Source of the DNA: Octopus bimaculoides
Taxonomy: Eukaryota
Reading direction: 5' to 3'
Length of the DNA stretch: 44,462 nucleotides
NCBI RefSeq assembly: GCF_001194135.2
Contig: NC_069001.1
Span: 4,159,051 to 4,203,512, forward strand
Position 1 is the stretch's first letter, and each line of letters opens with the position of its first letter. Positions 9,954 through 21,226 of the stretch are shown in pieces. The notes below the pieces were generated by a model. It saw only the letters and a list, made by a program, of their open reading frames with translations, was not told where the DNA came from and did no database searches. The translations under genes were made by a program, and so were the position numbers.

Positions 9954-11668
9954 GTAGCGGTGATAATGTTGATGGTGGTGATGGTGGTGATGGTGGTGAT
10001 GGTGATGATGATGATGATGCTGATGCTGATGAAGATAGTGATAATGATGATGACAATGGTGATGATGATGATGATGACGATGAAGATGGTGATGATGATG
10101 AAGATGATGATAATGCTAATGATGAGGACGATAAGGATGACATAACTAAACTGTACAATGTGTCTTTCCACTTTTTTGTAACATGGCAGAGAATATATGA
10201 ATGTGACTCCACAGAATATTTCTTTCTAATGGGGCGGAACGACCATGCAGAGCCAGCCTCTCTTCTCCATCAACATTCAATCTTTAATAAAACACGACAT
10301 TAAAACTCGAAACAAACTTAACTTACATCATGCGTTTCGTAAACTTCTTTCAACATTATAATATTTTCGTGCCTCACTCTCTTTAATATTGCCACTTCCC
10401 TCTCAAACAAGTGTATCGGTGCATTGCCAGACTATAGAACAGAAAACAAAAAAAAAACAAAAATAGACACACAAAAATAAGAAATGAGTGTGTGTGTGTG
10501 TGTGNNNNNNNNNNNNNNNNNNNNNNNNNNNNNNNNNNNNNNNNNNNNNNNNNNNNNNNNNNNNNNNNNNNNNNNNNNNNNNNNNNNNNNNNNNNNNNNN
10601 NNNNNNNNNNNNNNNNNNNNNNNNNNNNNNNNNNNNNNNNNNNNNNNNNNNNNNNNNNNNNNNNNNNNNNNNNNNNNNNNNNNNNNNNNNNNNNNNNNNN
10701 NNNNNNNNNNNNNNNNNNNNNNNNNNNNNNNNNNNNNNNNNNNNNNNNNNNNNNNNNNNNNNNNNNNNNNNNNNNNNNNNNNNNNNNNNTATATATATAT
10801 ATATATATGTGTAGTACAGTTATTTTATAGTCTGCATGCATTAATTAGATTAAGGGTATATGTGTCTGTATGGCATTAAGGGTATGTGGGGTATGTGGTC
10901 TGCACAACATGCATTGTGTTATACAATGTCTGTAGTTAAAATTTGATGGAACATTCACTGGGGGAGAGAGGGAGATAAAGAGAAAGATAAAGAGTGAGAG
11001 GGGAAGAGTGGGAGAAAGAGGAGAGAGAGAGATAGAAGAGGGAGAGGAGAGAGGTTGAGGAGAGAGGGAGAAAGAGGAACAGAGAGAGATAAGGAAAAGA
11101 TAGAAAAATAGAATGATAAAGAGAGAGAGGGGAGGTGCGAGAGAGAGGAGAGGAGATAGAAGAAAAATAGGAGGGAGAGAGGGAGAGATAAGGAAAAAGA
11201 GAGAGATAGAACGATAAAGAGAGAGGGAGAGGAAGAGAGGAGAGAGGGAGAGGAAGAGAGGAGAGAGGGAGAGGAAGAGAGGGAGAGGAAGAGAGGAGAG
11301 AGGGAGAGGAAGAGAGGAGAGANNNNNNNNNNNNNNNNNNNNNNNNNNNNNNNNNNNNNNNNNNNNNNNNNNNNNNNNNNNNNNNNNNNNNNNNNNNNNN
11401 ATAGATAGATAGATAGATAGAGAGAGAGAGCGAGAGAGAGAGAGATCTTACCTTTTGCTTGCTGATGCATTTCATTGCCCATCTCTCACCGGTTTTTTTG
11501 TCGGTAACTTTATAAACCTTGCCAAAACTACCCTGGCCAATCTTTTCTCCTATTTGGTAGGCATTTTCTAAAACTGACTCAGAATCCAGCCTTAAATGGG
11601 GCACATCGTCTAATTTCTCTGCTTGTGAATTGGCGGCTGTAGTCATAGCTAGAGCTCTTTCAGCATTT
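182..11668 (-). CDS. STK33: STK33-like serine/threonine kinase, spliced catalytic region (8 exons; 3' end beyond window start)
   Basis: Manual splicing of exons 11452-11668, 10327-10431, 7897-8035, 6475-6557, 3023-3110, 1910-1985, 1460-1572 and 182-267 gives an uninterrupted frame with GT-AG junctions and matching phases. All kinase motifs are present: GQGSFG, WAMK, FEREV, HRDLKLSN, DFG, CGTLNYMAPE, CDVWAMG, DPSHR. The pre-kinase VPHLRLD and the YSQQCDVW segment match my recollection of vertebrate STK33 (VPHIRIE, YSQQCDIW). Confidence 0.9.
1460..1572 (-). CDS. STK33: STK33 exon, subdomains IX-X: LCSYPPFYANDEKELIKKIKIGKIVFSSPDWDSISSE
   Basis: Not in the ORF track. Acceptor ttccaacag|A, donor GAAG|gttggt. 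113 nt, phase 2 to 1. Carries PPF and WxxIS motifs. Confidence 0.92.
1910..1985 (-). CDS. STK33: STK33 exon, subdomains VIII-IX: (A)PEIAENKNYSQQCDVWAMGIITYQ(L)
   Basis: Not in the ORF track. Acceptor gacgcag|CA, donor TT|gtaagt. 76 nt, phase 1 to 2. Confidence 0.93.
3023..3110 (-). CDS. STK33: STK33 exon, DFG and activation loop: VTDFGLSVVKEGVRPENMLNSFCGTLNYM
   Basis: Acceptor ttctacag|GTA, donor ATGG|gtgagt. 88 nt, phase 0 to 1. Confidence 0.95.
3133..4002 (-). mobile_element. Internally deleted mariner (Tc1/mariner) DNA transposon, 870 bp
   Basis: Terminal inverted repeats TTGGGTCATCCCATAAATAATGC and GCATTATTTACGGGACGACCCAA, each flanked by TA. Transposase remnants include an N-terminal HTH (LLYEFNKGKNA...WFQKFRAGNYSLEDEPHPGRP), HQDNARPH, HTPYLPDIVPSDYHLF and LPDRW-like C-terminus. 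The WVPHEL linker and first catalytic Asp region are missing. Confidence 0.93.
4384..4530. repeat. 23-bp minisatellite, ~6 diverged units
   Basis: Unit starts fall at 4384, 4407, 4430, 4453, 4476, 4499 and 4522. Consensus is about TTAGTGCTTACGTTCGTTAACTA. Confidence 0.85.
4761..4835 (+). ncRNA. Type I hammerhead ribozyme motif with extended stem I
   Basis: TTCAGG(4778-83) CTGATGA(4784-90) cGAG-caaaga-CTCa GAAA(4805-08) CATG T C | CCTGAA(4815-20). Stem I is a perfect 6 bp. Stem III is the palindrome ACATGT and the cleavage triplet is GUC. Distal stem I pairs TGGTCA/TGGCTA and CCAGC/GCTGG. Confidence 0.8.
5837..5886. repeat. Near-perfect 50-bp palindrome
   Basis: TTAATCTCATTTGCATCTAGTTTAG|CTAACTTAGATGCAAATAAGATTAA. 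22 of 25 positions pair Watson-Crick. Confidence 0.9.
6030..6352. repeat. ~60-bp minisatellite, 5 good copies plus 1 degenerate
   Basis: Unit AATAACAGAGATCTGGTAGATCAGATCTGACCTAGGGCTAAAAAAATAATAGTAAGAAG repeats with a 53-60 bp period. Confidence 0.92.
6475..6557 (-). CDS. STK33: STK33 exon, catalytic loop: (G)VVHRDLKLSNILLSKEPKIEDKNFFIK
   Basis: Acceptor ttgcag|GT, donor AAG|gtaagt. 83 nt, phase 1 to 0. Confidence 0.95.
7000..7218. mobile_element. Non-autonomous piggyBac-like MITE (219 bp)
   Basis: Flanked by TTAA at 6996-6999 and 7219-7222. The ends are imperfect inverted repeats, CCTTTTAGCATTCA and TAAACGCTAAAGGG. No ORF. Confidence 0.75.
7897..8035 (-). CDS. STK33: STK33 exon, subdomains V-VIa: KVFLIMEYCSGGELGKQLSAAVKFDEAVVKNVMTSLVSAISYLHKC
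   Basis: Acceptor ttctacag|AAA, donor TGTG|gtgagt. 139 nt, phase 0 to 1. Confidence 0.95.
8330..8600 (-). mobile_element. Penelope-like retroelement fragment (GIY-YIG endonuclease)
   Basis: Translation NNCSLNSDFMNKSIVYQCLVTTKDNINTYVGMTSNRFKSRFYYHMDSLKN fits the PLE pattern C-x-L...IVY...YxG-x-T...FKxR-x-x-x-H. It is degraded downstream. Confidence 0.75.
9918..10145. repeat. (GAT/GGT)n trinucleotide array
   Basis: Degenerate GAT array. Similar arrays are at 5530-5740, 17740-18040, 21128-21698, 23395-23810, 24608-24735 and 33365-33630. Confidence 0.95.
10327..10431 (-). CDS. STK33: STK33 exon, alphaC/subdomains III-IV: SGNAPIHLFEREVAILKRVRHENIIMLKEVYETHD
   Basis: Not in the ORF track. Acceptor ttctatag|TCT, donor GAT|gtaagt. 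105 nt, phase 0 to 0. Confidence 0.93.
10960..11445. repeat. Polypurine (AG-rich) tract with an internal gap, directly after the exon 11452 donor
   Basis: The + strand is almost purely A/G. A second tract is at ~39375-39910. Confidence 0.9.
11452..11668 (-). CDS. STK33: STK33 exon, pre-kinase segment and subdomains I-II: NAERALAMTTAANSQAEKLDDVPHLRLDSESVLENAYQIGEKIGQGSFGKVYKVTDKKTGERWAMKCISKQK
   Basis: Acceptor tatttcag|A, donor AAG|gtaaga. 217 nt. An in-frame Met at 11646 is a possible alternative start. Confidence 0.92.
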
Positions 11669-12270
11669 CTGAAATACATTTACAATCATATAAAAGAAAA
11701 AACAAAAAAAAAAAAACATGAGCTAAAATGTATGTCTGTGCCATATAAATGGCACTCATGAATCATAGTCGTGGTCATTGATGCTGCTAGTGCCATGTAA
11801 ATGGCACCAGTGTATCACAGTCATGGCCATTGATGGCACTCATGAATTATAGTCGTGGTTGTTGCTGGTACCATGTAAAGGGCACCTGTGAATCGTCGTG
11901 GTTGTTGTCGCTGCTAGTGTCATGTAAATGGCGCCTGTGCTGGTGGCACATAAAAGTACCCATTACACTCCTGGAGTGGTTGGCATTAGGAAGGGCATCC
12001 AGCTGTAGAAACCAAAACCAAAATCAGATTGGGAACCTGGTGCAGCTCTCCCGCTTACCAGTTTCAGTCAAACCATTTAACCCATGCCAGCATGGAGAGT
12101 GGATAGCAAATGATGATGATGGTGATGATGATGATCACACACACACAGACACACACACACACATATAAAATAATTTAAAATGTTTATTTTCCTGTCGAAT
12201 ATTTTATGAACTCTATACAATTTACATCTATAATAGGTTATGTCTTTGATTTTTTCTCCATAGTTTATCA

Positions 12271-12345
<75 letters not shown>

Positions 12346-12347
12346 GT

Positions 12348-12503
12348 GAGTGGTTGGCGTTAGGAAGGGCATCCAGCTGTAGAAACTCTGCCAAATTTAG
12401 ATTGGAGCCTGGTGTTGCCATCTGGTTTCACCAGTCCTCAGTCAAATCGTCCAACCCATGCTAGCATGGAAAGCGGACGTTAAACGATGATGATGATGAT
12501 GAT
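12348..12503 (+). mobile_element. Short retroposon 3' module ending in a (GAT)n tail (RTE-like tail; representative copy)
   Basis: GGCGTTAGGAAGGGCATCCAGCTGTAGAAAC...CCAACCCATGCTAGCATGGAAAGCGGACGTTAAACGATGATGAT. Related copies are at ~2345-2480, 11935-12135, 13920-14050, 17220-17400, 35560-35645 and 42900-43052. Confidence 0.7.
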
Positions 12504-12748
12504 NNNNNNNNNNNNNNNNNNNNNNNNNNNNNNNNNNNNNNNNNNNNNNNNNNNNNNNNNNNNNNNNNNNNNNNNNNNNNNNNNNNNNNNNNNNNNNNNN
12601 NNNNNNNNNNNNNNNNNNNNNNNNNNNNNNNNNNNNNNNNNNNNNNNNNNNNNNNNNNNNNNNNNNNNNNNNNNNNNNNNNNNNNNNNNNNNNNNNNNNN
12701 NNNNNNNNNNNNNNNNNNNNNNNNNNNNNNNNNNNNNNNNNNNNNNTA

Positions 12749-12787
<39 letters not shown>

Positions 12788-15289
12788 GTGTATATGTGTA
12801 TGTGAATATATAATTCTGTGCATATGTGTGAATGAACATGCACATGTGTAGTCGTATGTGTCTGCACAGGCACACGCAAAACGAAAACCCACACACTCAT
12901 TCGCTTTTCTTTTTAAAAAAAACATTACTTAAAAGCATTACATTGCTCAAACAACAATGCAGTTCCATGACTTTGGTTGTACGGCTTTTAAGACGTTTAT
13001 AATAACATTTCCATGAGAACTAGAAATGAAATCCCAAGTATGAAGCTTGAAGCAGCTGCTTTGGATGTGTCGTTTCACAAAGGTTTTTGAAAATGAAAAG
13101 CACATAATGATAAGTTATTTTCTTCAAACCTTTTATTTTGGATTTCAGAAAAAAAATATTTCACACAGGGGATGTTCAAAAGAAAACCAGGCTTCGTTTA
13201 CCAGCTGATCATTGGAAAAGGGGAACTCTGAAAATTGGAAATTGGTGCCTTTCAGTTATGTCTATATACATGCATACACACATATACAAACGCGCATATA
13301 TACACAAATATATATACATACACATATACACTTAGATACACACACACATATATACACAAACACACACACACACACACAAACACATATATGTATACAAATA
13401 CACACATATATGTAGACAAACACACACACATACACACGTAAATTACCAATGTACTCCATGTCATTTAATTGGTCAGGTATCTGTCAGTTCTACGTTAACG
13501 AATCCTGGCAATACAGGTGCTTCACCCTTAACCAATCAGCTGCTGTTAAGCAAATGACTGAAACCATTCTCAGCCAATGAGGAAGCCTCTACACTGTCAT
13601 TTGACCTGCAGGTCGATGACTTGCAGTTTAGGACAACACAGCCACCATGATAGTTTGCAGCCAAGTCTCTCTCAGATACTACTCTACTGTCTTAAAAATG
13701 ATTAAATACACAGAGTATATTTAAACAGATTAGGAGCTGGCATGGCTGTGTGGTAAGAAGCTTGCTTCCCAATCACATGGCTTTGGGCTCAATTCCACTT
13801 TGTGACACATTGGGCAAGTGGTTCCAATCTTGAGCTGAACAAAACCTTGTGAGTGGATTTGGAAGACAGAAACTGAAAGAAGCCCGTCATATATATATAT
13901 ATATATATTTATATATATCATCATCATCACCATTAAACATCCGCTTTCCATGCTGGCATTGGTTGACTGGAACTGGTAAGCTGAAGAGCTACACGAGGTT
14001 CCAGTCTGATTTGGCATGGTTTCTATGGCTGGATGCCCTTCCTAACACCAACATATATATATATATATATATATATTTATATTATTCTTTAAACAAGAAT
14101 GTATATATATACACACACACGTGTGTGTGTGTGTTGGTTTGTTAACATCCCTGTAACTTAGCAGTTCATCAAGAGATGCCAATAGAATAAGTATCAGACT
14201 TTAAAAACCAGCACTGCGGTTGATCTGTTTGACAAAATCCTTCAAGGCAATGCCCCAGCATGGCCACAGTCCAATGATTGAAGCAAGTGAAAGATAAGAG
14301 ATGATACTGTATATATTTCAGAGGAAAACTGAAATGGATATGAAAGCCAATTGCATGATATTTAAATTTGTCATACAAAAGCATTTCCTCCATTGTCATG
14401 TCAATGAGCATGTAGTAGGTACTTTAGATATTTCATAATGTCTACAAAATATTCAAACCATTAATGTCATTTAGAAATACTCAAGAAAAACCTATGGCTT
14501 TTGTAGAAAGCAACAACAACCATGGAAACTAAAAATAACAGCAATAACAAAAACAGGAAGTACTGTTGTTAACTCGTTTTCCATTGTCAAGGGTTTGTGC
14601 AGAATATATTTTAAAAAATAAAACTCAAAAGGCCTAAAAATCTGATACAAAAAAGATATAAAACAATACAGCATTAACAGCATCAAAAACACTTTTATGG
14701 AACTAAAAACGCTGCTTTTGGGGTTACATAATAACATCAATGGCAACAACTGTGACTGAGTGCAAGTTGATAAATAGAAATTGCAGTCAAATGTCCTTTG
14801 AGCTTTCCTATATTAACATTAAGTTGCAGTTACATGCACCATTGGTGCATGAAGAAAGATAACCTTTATAGACAAGCATCATATTTAGGAGCAAGGTTAA
14901 GCCATTTGACAATAGAAAGAGAAGATAGACAGACATGCAAGTGGGTAGATAGCTGAATAAAATAGACATATAGCTAGATTGGCAGATAAATAGATATGTG
15001 TGTGTGAATGTGTGTGTGTATATACATATATATATATATAAAGAGAGAGAGTGAGTAAGAGAGAGCAAGAGAGAGAGAGAGATTAGGTAGATTAAATAAA
15101 TAGATTGATAAATAGATAGATAGAAGGAAAGGCAAAAAGAGATATTTCTACAAAGGGAGCTGAGTTATTTTAATCATATGGTACTATGTTGGGAATTTGG
15201 CCTTTGAATGTAAGGCAGAGCCCATAGCCTTAAAACAGGCCCTCCTAGACTGGGGTTGGGGTTGGGAAAGGGAGTAGTGGAGTCGAGAG

Positions 15290-15688
15290 AAGGTGTGTGT
15301 GTGTGTGGGGTGGGGGAACTTAGAGAGAGTTAGGTCAAAGGTTAATATTGTTAATTAATATGTGCTTGAACTCTCAAGGTCACTGGTTGAGAGTAACACA
15401 TAGGTGGTGTGTATAGATGTCTGCGGTTATACATGGGTGATCTAATATGTATGTGTGTGTGTGTGTGTATTTGATGGGTGTGTGTGTGTATGTGGGTGAG
15501 TGCAAGTATGCATAGGTGAGCGAGTGCGTGTGTGAGCGTTTATGCTTGCGAGTGTGCGTAGGTGCATGTGCATGTGCACGTTAGCATATGCCTGTAATTG
15601 TGCATGTGAATACTGGGCCAGTGGAGCGTAACATCACATAGTACATGTGTTCTTGGTTTGTGAGTGTGTGTTTGTGTGTGTGTGTGCT

Positions 15689-15719
<31 letters not shown>

Positions 15720-15733
15720 GTGTGTGTGTGTGT

Positions 15734-15772
<39 letters not shown>

Positions 15773-16339
15773 TACATACTGAAACACTCACTCCAAGTCT
15801 GAAATAGTGCGTCTCTGTTCAAGTATNNNNNNNNNNNNNNNNNNNNNNNNNNNNNNNNNNNNNNNNNNNNNNNNNNNNNNNNNNNNNNNNNNNNNNNNNN
15901 NNNNNNNNNNNNNNNNNNNNNNNNNNNNNNNNNNNNNNNNNNNNNNNNNNNNNNNNNNNNNNNNNNNNNNNNNNNNNNNNNNNNNNNNNNNNNNNNNNNN
16001 NNNNNNNNNNNNNNNNNNNNNNNNNNNNNNNNNNNNNNNNNNNNNNNNNNNNNNNNNNNNNNNNNNNNNNNNNNNNNNNNNNNNNNNNNNNNNNNNNNNN
16101 NNNNNNNNNNNNNNNNNNNNNNNNNNNNNNNNNNNNNNATGGGGGTGTTTTTGTGTGCAGGCGTATGTGTGTGTTTGTGTCTGCAAGCATGTGTGTGTGT
16201 CTGCAGGCGTGTGTGTGTTTGTGTGCATGTGTGTGTGTGTGTGTGTGTGCGTGCGTGCATATGTGTGTGTGTGTCTGCAGTCGTGTGTGTGTGTGTGTGT
16301 GTATGTTTGTGTCTGCAGGCATGTGTGTGTCTGCAGATA

Positions 16340-16376
<37 letters not shown>

Positions 16377-16627
16377 AAGAGATAGTGTGACTATGTGTGA
16401 GTATGGAGGTGTGATAGGCAACATAAGACTGAATATGCGTATGAGCTTATGAGAGTGTTATCAATGCATGTCTGCACACATATGTGTGTGTGTAGGAAGG
16501 AGATATTGTGTGTCAGAGCCAGGAGGTGTAGCTGTCAACATATGACTGACTGTATATGTATATATATATATATATATATNNNNNNNNNNATGTGTGTACG
16601 AAAGCATATGGTAACTAATACTAGACT

Positions 16628-16662
<35 letters not shown>

Positions 16663-16872
16663 GGCATATGTTGTGTGTGTGTCTGTGTCTGCGTATGTGT
16701 CTGTGTATTTGAGTATGTGAGTGCATGGAAGTGTGTCTCTGCGTGAGATAGTGTACGTGTCTATACAGAAGCGTGGTGTCCAATGCTAGACTGTGTGTTT
16801 GTGTGTGTGTATGTATGTATGTATGTATGAGGGTGTGTATGTGTGTCGGTATATGTTGTGTGTGTGTATGTG

Positions 16873-16910
<38 letters not shown>
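15290..16910. repeat. (GT/CA)n- and (AT)n-rich compound microsatellite field with gaps
   Basis: Seen directly. Comparable fields are at 13260-13440, 18140-18470, 26090-26335, 30915-31290, 33740-34100, 35985-36475 and 40990-42200. Confidence 0.95.
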
Positions 16911-16913
<3 letters not shown>

Positions 16914-17423
16914 GTACTTTTGCTTAAATGTTATCAATTATCTTCATGGTAAATTTACTTCTCGACATTAATGGACTGTTTCACGGACTCCACCTGAGAT
17001 TTTTGCAATTATTTCTAATGAATCCTGCACGCACACATAGGCACAAGAGTGGCTGTGTGGTTAAGAAGCTCGGTCTGCAACCATCATGTTTCTGGTTCAG
17101 TCCCACTGCACAGCACCTTTGGGCAAGTGTCTTTTACTATAACCTCAGGCTGACCAAAGTATGTGAATGAATTTGGGAGAAGGAATCCGTGTGGAAGACC
17201 ATCATCGTCGTCGTCGTCATCATCATTAAACGTCTGTTGTCCATGCTGGTATGAGCTGGACGGTTTGACCGGTGTTGGCATGTTGGAAGGTTGCACCTGA
17301 TACCATTCTGATTTGGCATGATGTTTCTATGGCTGGATGTCCTTCCTAATGCCAACCACTCCGAAGGGGTAATAGGTGCTTTTATGTGCCACCAGCATTG
17401 GTGCCATTTGCGCGACATCAGGC

Positions 17424-17457
<34 letters not shown>

Positions 17458-18439
17458 CTGTCTTTGTTCCCACACACAACTTGACAACTGGTGTTGGTTT
17501 GTTTACGTCCCTGTAACTTAACGGTTCAGCAAAATGAACAGATAGAGCAAGTACCGGACTGAAAAGAAAAGTCCTGGGGTTGACTGGCATGACCGTGTGG
17601 TTAAGCAGCTTGGTTTGCAAACATGTAGTTTCAGGTTCAGTTCCACTGCATGGTACCACGTGCACGTGTCTTTTACTATAGCAAGGGAAGACAATGAGAG
17701 GTCAGTTGGTCATCTGGTTCTTAGTCTTGCTACCACTAAAGCCACCATCACCTCTTACTACTGCTACCACTGTCACCTCCCTCCCACCACCACCACCACC
17801 ATCACTGTCACCACTATCACGTTTCGGCAGCACCAACAGCACCACTGCCACCACCGCAGCTGCCGCAACCATCGCTGTCGCTACCACTGCTACCATTGCT
17901 ACCACTACTGTTACTGCTGCCATTACCCCCCCTACACCACTGCCAAAACCACCGTCACTGCAACCACCACAACTACCATCACTGCCACCACCACCATCAC
18001 CACCACCCACATTATGCTGTCACCACCACAACCACCACCACTACACTCTAATTTGATAATTGACTTAGATATAATAATTATAATTATAAACTGAATATTA
18101 TTTCATTCTAAATAATACGTACATATTCAGTATTCATACACACACACACACACACACGCATTACCTACACAAACATCAAAACATTCAGATAAACAGTGTC
18201 CACACACATACATACAGAGCAGACACACACACACACACACACACACACATGCATACACAAACATTCACTGCATTCACACATGCACATACAGTGAAGACAC
18301 ATACAGACACACACACACAATGTTAACAAAAATGCACCACGATCACACAAGCATAAGTTGTTTGTACATATACATACAGCGGACATGCGCACACACACAC
18401 ACACACACGCACGCACACACACGCACGCACACACGTACA

Positions 18440-18474
<35 letters not shown>

Positions 18475-18561
18475 CGGCCACACCGAGCGGAAAGTCAAAG
18501 TATTAATTGCAATGCCAGTAGATTTCACTGAAGCCAGGTTACTGACAGAAAACAACGTTGT

Positions 18562-18629
<68 letters not shown>

Positions 18630-19996
18630 CCTCTCTTTCTCTCTTATTACCAAGCTGTTTTGGTTCACAATGTAAGCAATGACAGGGAATCCTGTTGTTA
18701 GATGCATAGGTGTGGTTGCTAAGTGATGCACAAGATCAATATAGACACACAGAAATGTTTGCATGTGTATGTTTATATAAACATGTGTGTGTGTGTGTGT
18801 GTGTGATCATCGTTGTCATCATCATCATCACTGCTTTTAACATCCCCTTTTCCATGCTTGCATGGGTCAGCTGGTGTTTAATGAGGCAGATTTTCTTACA
18901 TCTGGATGCCCTTCCAGTTGCCAACCCTCAACTGTTTCCATGCAAGTCAATATCTCTCCATGGTCAAACATATACATACAACGAAGTAGGTAGACAAGTC
19001 CAGGTAGATATCAATTCAGTCTCAAATTTGGTTCTGACCACACATAGTATTAATTCCAGTCAAAATACTTAATTTAGTAGGTTCTGAGAAAATGTAATAA
19101 GGTAGACAATGGAAACAAATAGAATAATCCTTTCTTTATTTATCCATATAAATAAATAATTTTCCGACATATGTTTCTGCTTAATTACTAAGAGTATATC
19201 TATTTTAACTAGTCAATTTAATAAATAATTAAATAATTGCCAATACAATGCATTCAGTAAAAAGCCTCTTCAGGGATTCCAGCGAAATTCTTAGTTACAC
19301 CATTTAAAAATATTTATAAACTAAATCATTAAAATCGTTATTACTATCATATATTTATATATGATCATCTACACAATTTTTTCTATCTACCAAATCCATT
19401 CACAAGGTATTGGTCAATACAGATTCTGAGCAGAGAGATTGAATTCAGAACCTGTTGGTTGCAAAGCCAACTTTTTAACCACACAGCCAGCCTGGCTTTT
19501 GTCAAGTTATAAAAACCAAATCATCCAGCACATGCAATGTGAATATGTGATGCGAGAGCAAAGGTGAGCGTTAATATAGATATGGCATGAACTCATACTC
19601 TCTATAGGTGGTATTACATCTATATATAGTGTAGACCATTACCACAATTAGTTATTGATTTTTATCAAAATGATGTATATGAGATGACCCAGGACAGTGA
19701 TGTTGTAATATGTTGCAGCAATGTTGGAGGTTGATACAGTTATGGAAACAATATGTACACCATCTACGTGTTTGTATGATGATACAAACACACATTTGTA
19801 AGGATACTTACTCTTGGACGCTCCGATATAAATCTACCAATATACATGCATACAATATACATGTTTGTGAATGATGTGTGTGTCTGTATGTGTGTGTGTG
19901 TGTGTGTGTGCAAGCACATATATATATACATATATATACACATACACACACACATATACATATCATCATCATCATCATCATTTAATGCCCATTTTC

Positions 19997-20137
19997 CATG
20001 TTCGAAATTTCTCCAAGACACCTGATGAAGGCTGGAGGGTCCATCAGCCAAAACATTGTGTTAACAACAAACAAGATGAGGACATATATCTGTCAAAAGT
20101 AAATAATGTACATAATTCCTCATCTCTTAATTATAGA
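19997..20137 (+). ncRNA. Second, decayed copy of the hammerhead-bearing element (motif 20017-20062)
   Basis: Reads GACAC CTGATGA A GGCTG-gagggtccat-CAGCC aAAA CAT T | GTGTT. G12 is mutated to A. A downstream hairpin pairs AGATGAGGA with TCCTCATCT. Confidence 0.6.
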
Positions 20138-20744
20138 ACTGTATTATCAAGTGTTTTGCTCAAGAACACAACTCATCGCTTGGTCCAGTAATTGAAACCA
20201 CAATCTAACTGAAACCACTAAACATCACGCCTCCACTAATGGTGGACATGGTTTGTGCAGAGTCAGTCCCATTCTCTCATTCTTGCGATAAGTGCCACAA
20301 GCGCAGTAGTTATCAGAATTTAGGGTTTGTATGGAGTCATCGTCTCTTAGATGAGAAGCTAAAAGCAGAAGGGTCTCATCTTCCCTGACTCTGAGATGTC
20401 ACAAAAATGCTGCAAAACATTTTTTTGTCAGATGTTCTACCGATTCTGCAAATTCAATATAAACTGCATAATAAAAGACAATAAAGTATCTAATACATAA
20501 TTTAATTATTACATACATATTGCACATGTATTATGCACATGATACATATATAACGCAAAAACCCCTGCAGATTGCAATAGTCAATCAAATGGAAATAAAA
20601 TTTTAAAATTTATTCTTTCAGTGTGACCCAGTACCAAATGATCCAATGGTCAACAGGCTTGTGGTTGGGGACCTCTGTTACACAGGGTCAAGAATAAGAT
20701 AAAAAGAAAAAAAAAAAACGAAAGTAATGGAAGGGACTTCTTAC

Positions 20745-20812
20745 TTGATACAATCCCCTAGACCTGGGGGTTGACGTATACAACCACAGTTCGGGCAGCA
20801 GGCCAGAGACAT
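20745..20812 (-). CDS. STK33: Probable first coding exon of STK33: MSLACCPNCGCIRQPPGLGDCI(K)
   Basis: The ATG at 20812 has in-frame stops upstream. The strong donor AA|gtaaga leaves phase 2, which joins exon 11668 in frame (AA+A = Lys). It sits in a locally GC/CpG-richer patch. There is no transcript evidence. Confidence 0.55.
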
Positions 20813-21149
20813 GTTCAAGTCCAGTTATTACAAGAAACGGTTGATTGTGTTGTTGTTGTTTGTTTTTCTGTGAGTGCGGATAAAACAGCCTCAAGCATCC
20901 GGATCGGTCAAGTCTGTCAAGTGTTGTACCGCATCAGAGGTGGAGCGGAGAGAGAGGGGGGAGGAGAAGAGGGAGAGGATCTCCGAGGGGGGTAGGGTGT
21001 GATAGTGATAGTAGTGGTGGTGGTGGTGTCTATGTATCAAAACATGTTACGCACATACACAACCTAGGCTAGGCCAGAAGGCCAACTTATCTTGCAGCTT
21101 GTATAACAAGATCTCAGGAAGCAACACTGATGATGATGATGATGACGAC

Positions 21150-21226
<77 letters not shown>

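Noticed and set aside
9533-10303. 256-aa ORF with poly-Asp, and the many other long ORFs rich in HT/VC/YI/M/X (e.g. 30798-32177, 35951-36478, 21333-22136)
   Set aside because: They are translations of microsatellites, SINEs and N-gaps, with no domain content or splice support.
13596-13620. Palindrome containing TCGACCTGCAGG, like a pUC polylinker (vector contamination)
   Set aside because: The match is only ~12 bp, embedded in a SINE-like segment with no other vector sequence.
18485-18545. Possible extra STK33 exon in intron 1 (NLASVKSTGIAINTLTFRS)
   Set aside because: Only weak donors are available, and the better one gives the wrong phase for exon 11668.
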